Shown in pieces: positions 58,236 to 64,000 of a stretch of DNA of 64,000 nt. A program made the translations under genes and the position numbers. Each line of letters opens with the position of its first letter. Within the stretch, counting starts at the first letter, position 1. The notes beneath the pieces are model-generated. The model did not search any database and had not been told where the DNA came from. It worked only from the letters and a program-made list of their open reading frames with translations. Source of the DNA: Methylophaga sp. (GTDB taxonomy: Bacteria; Pseudomonadota; Gammaproteobacteria; Nitrosococcales; Methylophagaceae); NCBI GenBank assembly GCA_026988435.1, contig JALSLH010000005.1, positions 22,831-86,830 of the forward strand, in the 5' to 3' direction.

Positions 58236-58937
58236 CTTTTTGCATATAAACACACAATACCTTGGATTTTCCCAAATTTCGCCATACATTTTCTGAACTA
58301 CATAAGAAGGCCATGTTTCTTCGAACCCATCGATTGCGAACCCCGCACTAACTAGTGAGCTGATATAGCTTGTCAGTGGCCTATGATGATAAGGCACTCC
58401 GGAAATTACGTTATTCGGATCTTTGGTAATGGTGAAAGATATTTCTTTCTGTGCTGATTCCATGTAGCAGTAATGATCGCCAAAGATTTTCTTATATCCA
58501 TTAAAAAAACAAGGGTGAGGGATAGAGAAAACAAAGTGCCCACCCACCTCTAGATGATTGGCGATAGAGTTGAAAAACCTGGTAGAATCATTAACAACGT
58601 GAGCTACCAAATGTGAAATTGCGACTTCGTATTTTATGTGTTCTGGCAAATCATCCACAAGGCAATTAATTAGCTCTACACCAGAACCATCTAGAACTTC
58701 TTTAGCTACTTTAAACATCCCTGTGGAAGGTTCAACGGCTGTAATACGTAAGCCATTAGCCGCTAATTCCTTTGACAGGTGACCAGTACCCGCCCCGACT
58801 TCAAGAATGGGTTCCCTATTTAGGCCTAACACTTTTTCAATAAAAATGGGCTTAAATACTTTGTTAAAGGTTAAGTCGGTGCCAGACTCAATTTGTTTAC
58901 GCCGTAATTCTGCGGAATCGCACCATCTATGTGGCAT
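58230..58937 (-). CDS. Cassette ORF C: class I SAM-dependent methyltransferase
   Basis: Motif I ILEVGAGTGHLSKELAANGLRITAVEPS, plus post-I and motif II elements (VAISHLVAHVV, HLEVGGHFVFSIP). Confidence 0.8.
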   Translation of the reverse strand: MPHRWCDSAELRRKQIESGTDLTFNKVFKPIFIEKVLGLNREPILEVGAGTGHLSKELAANGLRITAVEPSTGMFKVAKEVLDGSGVELINCLVDDLPEHIKYEVAISHLVAHVVNDSTRFFNSIANHLEVGGHFVFSIPHPCFFNGYKKIFGDHYCYMESAQKEISFTITKDPNNVISGVPYHHRPLTSYISSLVSAGFAIDGFEETWPSYVVQKMYGEIWENPRYCVFICKKL

Positions 58938-59565
58938 TAGACAAAGCTTTTGATTTTCTAATTATGTCCTTTGCCATGGCTATTATTTGAGGACCAGAAT
59001 TATTATCGAATATTGTTATCTCATGATCAGGATGAACGCCCCTTGCAATAGCTAGTTTTTCAGCACCACCACGTTCTCCATTAACGAGAGTAAAGCGGGC
59101 TTCAGGAGGACTATCTTCATCTGTAACAATAAAAGATGCACCTTGAAGGTTAGACTTTACCCCATCAGGAACCTCTTTCGGAGTGATAATTTCGATTCTT
59201 GTTCCTGATTCTATCTTTGATTTAAGGGTAGAAATTAGATTTTCATCACTAGTTAGCCAAGACACGCGATTACTAACGACGGTAGCGCTAGTTCCAGTAG
59301 ATATAAACTTTTCCATGAATTTCAGCGTGTCTTTTGGTTCCTTATCAGTTTGGGTGTCTGGTAGATATTTCATGCCCTTCTTGGCTAGCATTAGAACCAC
59401 AGCAGCCATTTCAGCAATAACAGCTGTAATTATCCAACCAAGGTGCGGCAACTCAGTTTTTTCTGAAAAGAACCAGACGTATGCAAGACCAAAGATTGCA
59501 AGAAATGCTGTAGTACCGGTAAGCCATAAAAAAAGATATAACGTGTGCTTTACTAATTTTTGCAT
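58927..59565 (-). CDS. Cassette ORF B: membrane protein (2 TM) with an uncharacterised ~130-aa cytoplasmic domain
   Basis: TM1 is TLYLFLWLTGTTAFLAIFGLAYVWFF and TM2 is LGWIITAVIAEMAAVVLMLA. The C-terminal domain has no motif I recognise. It overlaps ORF C by 11 nt. Confidence 0.6.
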   Translation of the reverse strand: MQKLVKHTLYLFLWLTGTTAFLAIFGLAYVWFFSEKTELPHLGWIITAVIAEMAAVVLMLAKKGMKYLPDTQTDKEPKDTLKFMEKFISTGTSATVVSNRVSWLTSDENLISTLKSKIESGTRIEIITPKEVPDGVKSNLQGASFIVTDEDSPPEARFTLVNGERGGAEKLAIARGVHPDHEITIFDNNSGPQIIAMAKDIIRKSKALSNAT

Positions 59566-59581
59566 AGATTATTTCTTATAG

Positions 59582-59662
59582 CTCTAACGGTTTAGGTAAG
59601 GGGCTGGAGCGTAGCGGAAGACCCAGCGACTAGAGGGAGCGCACTTGACCTGTTTGTTAGGC
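59582..59662 (-). repeat. attC-like recombination site 2 (81 nt)
   Basis: Minus strand: GCCTAAC-AAAC-AGGTCAAGTGCGCTCCC...GCTCCAGCCCCTTACCT-AAACC-GTTAGAG. The inverse core fits RYYYAAC exactly and contains the stop codon of ORF A. The core fits GTTRRR. Confidence 0.7.
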
Positions 59663-60067
59663 AATTTTATGTGCATATTTAAGTAGTGTTTTAAGAAAAA
59701 CATTACGATTAAGCCAAATAATTTCAACAACAAAAACGGGGGAGCTTAATATAATGCCTGCTAAAATGCTCTCGTTAAACACCATTGATAGAGGAGTTAC
59801 AACAAGAAGGATTAAATAGAATAAACACAGTAGAGTAAAAACTAAAAAATAACTTCGTTCACTAGCTATTTGATAGTGAATTTCCCAAGTATTTCTCCGA
59901 ATATTTTTAATCTTCTTCAGCTCTTTTGCTCGGCTCTTCCGGCTCCATGACTTTAACCATAGAGGGAGTTTTTTTACTAACCAAGATATAATTAATGCTG
60001 TGGCGATAAAGAAAATCCCAGTAAACCACCAAGATGGGTCTTTAAGATTTTCTAGAATTTCATCCAT
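59657..60067 (-). CDS. Cassette ORF A: small membrane protein (3 predicted TM)
   Basis: 136 aa with hydrophobic segments WWFTGIFFIATALIISWLV, YFLVFTLLCLFYLILLVVTPL and LAGIILSSPVFVVEIIWL. It has no recognisable family. Confidence 0.55.
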   Translation of the reverse strand: MDEILENLKDPSWWFTGIFFIATALIISWLVKKLPLWLKSWSRKSRAKELKKIKNIRRNTWEIHYQIASERSYFLVFTLLCLFYLILLVVTPLSMVFNESILAGIILSSPVFVVEIIWLNRNVFLKTLLKYAHKIA

Positions 60068-60078
60068 AATTCAATTAT

Positions 60079-60085
60079 GCCTAAC
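60079..60085 (-). other. Integron-type core site GTTAGGC at the 5' boundary of cassette A
   Basis: The minus strand reads GTTAGGC, 11 nt upstream of the ORF A ATG. It is the exact complement of the inverse core GCCTAAC at the 3' end of the same cassette (59656-59662). Confidence 0.6.
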
Positions 60086-60255
60086 TTGTTATTAAAGGGA
60101 AAGGATTTTCCCTTGTAATTCTTATACATATACGGATAAATTTTCCTAGTAATTAGATAATCAAGACCAAACAAGGCAAGTTGTCAGAATATAGTTCTTA
60201 GATGAAGTATGCCACAAATTTAAGATTTTAGAAGTAGATTTAAATTCATCAGTTT

Positions 60256-60384
60256 TTATTTCTCAATAACCTTTAATTTACGCGCAGGAATGCCGCCCCA
60301 GATTTCATTATCAGCAATAACCGTATTCATGGTGACAAGCGACATGGCGTTGACCATGGCGCCCTTGCCTATTTTTACGCCGGG
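60256..60384 (-). pseudogene. Hexapeptide-repeat (LbH) acetyltransferase, C-terminal 42-codon remnant
   Basis: My minus-strand translation is PGVKIGKGAMVNAMSLVTMNTVIADNEIWGGIPARKLKVIEK*. This is the typical end of xenobiotic or sugar O-acetyltransferases. The reading frame is cut at 60385 by the MITE end. Confidence 0.65.
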
Positions 60385-60559
60385 TATATTCCTCTGACCA
60401 TTGGATCTGCAGATTTTATTCACCCGTCACTCCCGCATGTTTACCCAGTCAAGCTGAGTACAAGCTTAGCGGGAGTCTTGCTTATGTCCAGATTCCGGCT
60501 AAAAGCTACCGGAATGACGAAGAAGTAAAAGCTACAGATTGATTTCACTTAGGTATATA
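60385..60559. mobile_element. MITE copy 4 (degenerate TIRs, composite palindromic-module interior)
   Basis: Left end tatattcctctgaccattggatctgcag and right end ctacagattgatttcacttaggtatata. The interior, cgtcactcccgc...gcgggagtcttgcttatgtccagattccggctaaaagctaccggaatgacg, is nearly identical to that of copy 2. Confidence 0.7.
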
Positions 60560-60588
60560 TTCCAGCCAAAACATTCCAGCGGGTATAA

Positions 60589-60618
60589 CTGCATCTGGAC
60601 GATTTTGCCCAGATGCAG
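60589..60618 (-). terminator. Hairpin downstream of metE (weak terminator candidate)
   Basis: ctgcatctgg-(10 nt)-ccagatgcag, a 10-bp perfect stem. Only a poor T-run follows on the minus strand. Confidence 0.4.
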
Positions 60619-60628
60619 CTTAGATTCA

Positions 60629-62908
60629 TTATTCTGGCAGGCTATTTCGCAAAATACGGCTGGCAGTGACCATGGCGGTTAATGCGGGTTTAACTTCTTG
60701 CCAGCCCCGTGTTTTCAAGCCGCAATCAGGGTTGACCCATAATCGTTCAGCGGGAATGCGTTGCGATGCTTTTTTCATTAGCAATACAATTTGTTCTACC
60801 GTGGGAATATTCGGTGAGTGAATATCATATACGCCCGGTCCAATTTCATTAGGATAGTCGAACTCTTTAAACACATCTAATAACTCCATATCTGAGCGTG
60901 AGGTTTCAATGGTGATCACGTCTGCATCCATGTTGGCAATGGCTTTTATAATGTCATTGAATTCGGAATAGCACATATGAGTGTGGATCTGCGTTTGATC
61001 ACTGACACCATTCGCACTGATTTTATAGCTAGTGACAGCCCAGTCTAAATAGCCTTGCCATTGTGATTTTCGTAACGGTAAACCTTCGCGTAAGGCGGCT
61101 TCATCAATTTGAATAATGTTGATACCGGCTCGTTCTAAGTCTTGTACTTCATCTCGTATCGCCAAGGCAATTTGCTGACAGGTTTGTGAACGTGGCTGAT
61201 CATCACGCACAAACGACCAGTTTAGAATGGTGACGGGGCCGGTGAGCATGCCTTTTACCGGTTTATCACTTAATGATTGTGCATAAGTTGCCCACTCTAC
61301 GGTCATCGGTTTAGGGCGTGAAATATCACCATAAATAATCGGCGGTTTAACACAGCGTGAACCATATGATTGTACCCAGCCAAACTGGCTAAAGGCGTAA
61401 CCATCAAGTTGTTGGCCAAAATATTCGACCATGTCATTTCGCTCGGCTTCACCATGCACTAATACATCTAAGCCGATAGCGTGTTGCTGTTCGATGGTGA
61501 ACTTGATTTCATCTTTAAGAAATTGTTGGTAGTCTTTTTCTGCAAGCTTGCCTAAACGATAGCGCTTTCGGGCTTGGCGTATGTCTGTTGTTTGGGGAAA
61601 CGATCCTATTGTGGTGGTGGGAAATAACGGTAAATTAAAGTGCTGTTGTTGTATTTTGGCTCTTTGCTGATAACTGCTTTGTCGATTAGCTAGTGCTGGT
61701 TCAATGGCTTTGACGCGTGCTTTTACTTTTGAGTTATGTACTCGGGACGAGTTTTGACGTGATTGAACTGCAAAGGCGTTTAATACACGCTCTTCGGCCA
61801 CCGTTTCACGGCCTTCATTGAGGGCAGTGGCTATTATCGAAAGCTCATCCAATTTTTGTACTGCAAATGCGAGCCATGATTGGACTTCGTCATCAAGGTC
61901 GTTTTCACTATCAAGATCGACTGGCACATGAAGTAATGAGCATGATGGCGCAATCCACAAGCGATCTTTTAATCGAGCATAAATAGGCTCTAGCCAATCT
62001 AAAGTAGCATTAAGATCGGTTTTCCAGATATTACGGCCATTAATAATGCCTAAAGAAAGTATCTTGTGAGGTGCTAACCAATCAATAACACTCGTAATTT
62101 CTGCAAAGGCATTGATTGCGTCGAGGTGTAGGCCTGCTACGGGTAACTCACAAGCAAGATGGAGGTTTTCTTTTAACTCGCCAAAGTAGCTGGTTAATAA
62201 TAATTTAACGGGGGCTTTATTGAGTGAAAAATAGGCTTGTTTGAGTGCATGTTGCCATTTTTGATCAAGCTCAGTCACCAAAATTGGCTCATCTATTTGC
62301 ACCCATTCGATGCCTTCTTTATCTAATGCGAGCAATAGTTGTTCGTAACTTGCGACCAAATCATCAAGCAAGTCGAGCTTATTACTGTCGTCTTTCGATT
62401 TTCCTAACCATAAATAGCTAACAGGCCCTAAGATAACGGGTTTAACAGTAATGCCTTGTTGCTTGGCTTCGCTAATATGTGACAGCAAGCGTGAGGCATG
62501 CAGTGAAAATGTGGTATCAGCATCAAATTCAGGCACAATATAGTGATAGTTAGTATCAAACCATTTGGTCATTTCACCTGCTGAAATCTGTTGGCAGGCG
62601 CTTGCAGATTGAGATTGACCGCGCGCCACTTGAAAGTATTTGTCCAAATCATTGGCGTGTTCGTCGACGCGAGACGGTAAATTACCAAATAAAACAGATG
62701 TATCTAAGACATGGTCATAAAAAGAGAAGTCGCCTACAGGTAATAAATCTAATTTGTTTTGTGCTTGCCAGTGCGTTTGACGTAAAGCTTGCCCCACTTG
62801 CTGTAATTGCTGTTGAGATGATTGACCGCGCCAAAAAGATTCTAGTGCAAATTTCAGTTCACGGTTTTTACCTATCCGAGGGAAGCCGAGGTTATGAGTC
62901 GTTACCAT
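60629..62908 (-). CDS. metE: Cobalamin-independent methionine synthase
   Basis: 759 aa. The N-terminus is [22 protein letters not shown]. The C-terminal Zn site is [10 protein letters not shown]...DCGLKTR. Confidence 0.97.
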   Translation of the reverse strand: MVTTHNLGFPRIGKNRELKFALESFWRGQSSQQQLQQVGQALRQTHWQAQNKLDLLPVGDFSFYDHVLDTSVLFGNLPSRVDEHANDLDKYFQVARGQSQSASACQQISAGEMTKWFDTNYHYIVPEFDADTTFSLHASRLLSHISEAKQQGITVKPVILGPVSYLWLGKSKDDSNKLDLLDDLVASYEQLLLALDKEGIEWVQIDEPILVTELDQKWQHALKQAYFSLNKAPVKLLLTSYFGELKENLHLACELPVAGLHLDAINAFAEITSVIDWLAPHKILSLGIINGRNIWKTDLNATLDWLEPIYARLKDRLWIAPSCSLLHVPVDLDSENDLDDEVQSWLAFAVQKLDELSIIATALNEGRETVAEERVLNAFAVQSRQNSSRVHNSKVKARVKAIEPALANRQSSYQQRAKIQQQHFNLPLFPTTTIGSFPQTTDIRQARKRYRLGKLAEKDYQQFLKDEIKFTIEQQHAIGLDVLVHGEAERNDMVEYFGQQLDGYAFSQFGWVQSYGSRCVKPPIIYGDISRPKPMTVEWATYAQSLSDKPVKGMLTGPVTILNWSFVRDDQPRSQTCQQIALAIRDEVQDLERAGINIIQIDEAALREGLPLRKSQWQGYLDWAVTSYKISANGVSDQTQIHTHMCYSEFNDIIKAIANMDADVITIETSRSDMELLDVFKEFDYPNEIGPGVYDIHSPNIPTVEQIVLLMKKASQRIPAERLWVNPDCGLKTRGWQEVKPALTAMVTASRILRNSLPE

Positions 62909-63005
62909 GATGATGCCTTTTGTAATTTTGTAAAAAGCGGCTATTGTAAAGAAGCTTAATCATGAGGGATAATGATGATTTTTATCTAATCTATAAGATA
63001 TCCTC

Positions 63006-63881
63006 ATGATTGATCGAGCCCATTTAACTATTATTCGAGCGCTTGCCGATAATGGCACGCTGACAGCGGCAGCCAATGCCTTGTTCTTAACGCAACCAGC
63101 GCTGTCGCACCAAATGCGTTATTTAGAGAAAAAGCTAGAGGTGTCATTATGGCAACGTGAAGGCAGACAATTACGCCTTACTCCGGCGGGCGAGGTTTTA
63201 TTGCGAACGGCAAGACAAGTGCTGCCCGTGTTGGAGCAAACAGAAAAAACCTTGCAAGCCTACGGTGAAGGCAAGCAAGGTGTTTTGCGAATTGGAGTTG
63301 AGTGTCACCCTTGTTATGAATGGCTGAAAGGTATCTTGGCCGATTTTTTGATTGCCTTGCCCGATATGGATGTCGATATTGTGAATAAGTTTCAATTTTC
63401 AGGCTTGGAGGGTTTATTAAATCACCATGTTGATTTGCTGGTTACGCCGGATGTGGTGAAAAAGAAAGGTGTGGACTATCAATCACTATTTGATTATGAA
63501 CTTGTACTGCTAGTTGAAAAGTCACATCCATTAACGGCAAAAGCCTTTATTACGGCTGAGGCCTTGTTAAATGAAACGATACTCACTTTTCCCGTTGCCC
63601 ATGATCGGCTTGATATATTCACTCAGTTTTTATTACCAGCAGGCATTAACCCTAAAGCAAAGGCCATTGCATCATTGGATATTATGGTGCAAATGGTTAG
63701 CTTGGGACGTGGAGTAACGGTATTACCTGATTGGTTAGCAAAGGGATATTGTCAGCAATTATCAGTAGAGGCCGTGAAGTTAGGCCGTAATGGTATTGCA
63801 AAAACACTGTATGCAGCGATGCGCACGGATGATGCAGAAATAAATTATATGCAACTATTTGTTGATTTAGGGCGAAAGTGA
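63006..63881 (+). CDS. metR: LysR-family activator MetR
   Basis: It is divergent from metE. The HTH LTIIRALADNGTLTAAANALFLTQPALSHQMRYLEKKL resembles E. coli MetR. Confidence 0.8.
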   Translation: MIDRAHLTIIRALADNGTLTAAANALFLTQPALSHQMRYLEKKLEVSLWQREGRQLRLTPAGEVLLRTARQVLPVLEQTEKTLQAYGEGKQGVLRIGVECHPCYEWLKGILADFLIALPDMDVDIVNKFQFSGLEGLLNHHVDLLVTPDVVKKKGVDYQSLFDYELVLLVEKSHPLTAKAFITAEALLNETILTFPVAHDRLDIFTQFLLPAGINPKAKAIASLDIMVQMVSLGRGVTVLPDWLAKGYCQQLSVEAVKLGRNGIAKTLYAAMRTDDAEINYMQLFVDLGRK

Positions 63882-63885
63882 GTAT

Positions 63886-64000
63886 TTACTCATGATCGTC
63901 TAGTACACGGTAAAGGATCTCACGGATAGACTGTGGTTCAAATGGTTTGTCTACAATAGCTGATACCCCTGCTTGTTGTACATTGCCCAAGCGTGCTTCA
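63886..64000 (-). CDS. Response-regulator receiver domain protein (C-terminal end only; 5' part outside the window)
   Basis: My minus-strand translation is ...EARLGNVQQAGVSAIVDKPFEPQSIREILYRVLDDHE*. The (D/K)KPF...L motif marks the end of a CheY-like receiver domain. Confidence 0.5.
   Translation of the reverse strand, partial: EARLGNVQQAGVSAIVDKPFEPQSIREILYRVLDDHE

Noticed and set aside
60086-60255. 170-nt ORF-less spacer between the acetyltransferase remnant and cassette A, considered as a long attC or an empty cassette
   Set aside because: I could find only weak inverse-core candidates (ATCTAAG, GAAATAA) and a simple 8-bp hairpin (aagggaaa/tttccctt). This is not enough to call a site by eye, so I leave it to the covariance-model test.
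62909-63005. Cobalamin riboswitch upstream of metE
   Set aside because: The metE-metR spacer is only 97 nt and has no B12-box-like sequence. Regulation is more likely by the divergent MetR. I also could not identify a clean TGAA-N5-TTCA MetR site.

Overview
64-kb chromosomal segment of an AT-rich gammaproteobacterium. All calls come from reading the sequence and the ORF translations; no database search was possible. It carries a tetrahydromethanopterin/methanofuran C1-oxidation pathway in two loci: fhcB-A-D-C plus a pterin dehydratase at 14.7-19.8 kb, and a flavoprotein, DHPS-like protein, DUF447 protein and MfnB-like protein at 54.2-57.5 kb. The host is therefore probably a methylotroph or methanotroph.

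Most of the window is housekeeping:
- replication and translation: argS, priA, folA, recF-gyrB, tRNA-Asp
- biosynthesis and export: hisB-H-A-F-I-E, a HIT-family gene, tatABC, murJ, metE/metR
- redox and regulation: fnr/ompW, oxyR, rubredoxin with its reductase, ndh, cybB, ycaO, kbp
- transport and surface: a TonB-dependent receptor with an MFP/RND pair, and a type IV pilus minor-pilin operon (fimU-pilV-pilW-pilE-pilX-pilY1) ending in a 1785-aa PilY1

I found no rRNA, CRISPR array, intact transposase, integrase or prophage.

The unusual content is mostly non-coding or mobile:
1. A 2.9-kb integrase-less, integron-type cassette array (57.6-60.4 kb). It has two well-formed attC-like sites with stop codons inside the inverse core, and it is bracketed by MITEs.
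2. A 93-bp perfect-armed palindromic element inserted in frame inside hisI. A half copy forms the tatB 3' end and tatC start.
3. A MITE family with 28-bp terminal inverted repeats in four copies carrying different cargo. One copy holds a 262-bp interior with nested stems. MITE ends sit at or within 1 nt of host stop codons, and one copy supplies the stop itself.
4. Three perfect DnaA boxes within 43 bp between priA and folA, at a local switch in gene orientation.
5. At least five families of short palindromic modules spread through intergenic regions, including inside operons.
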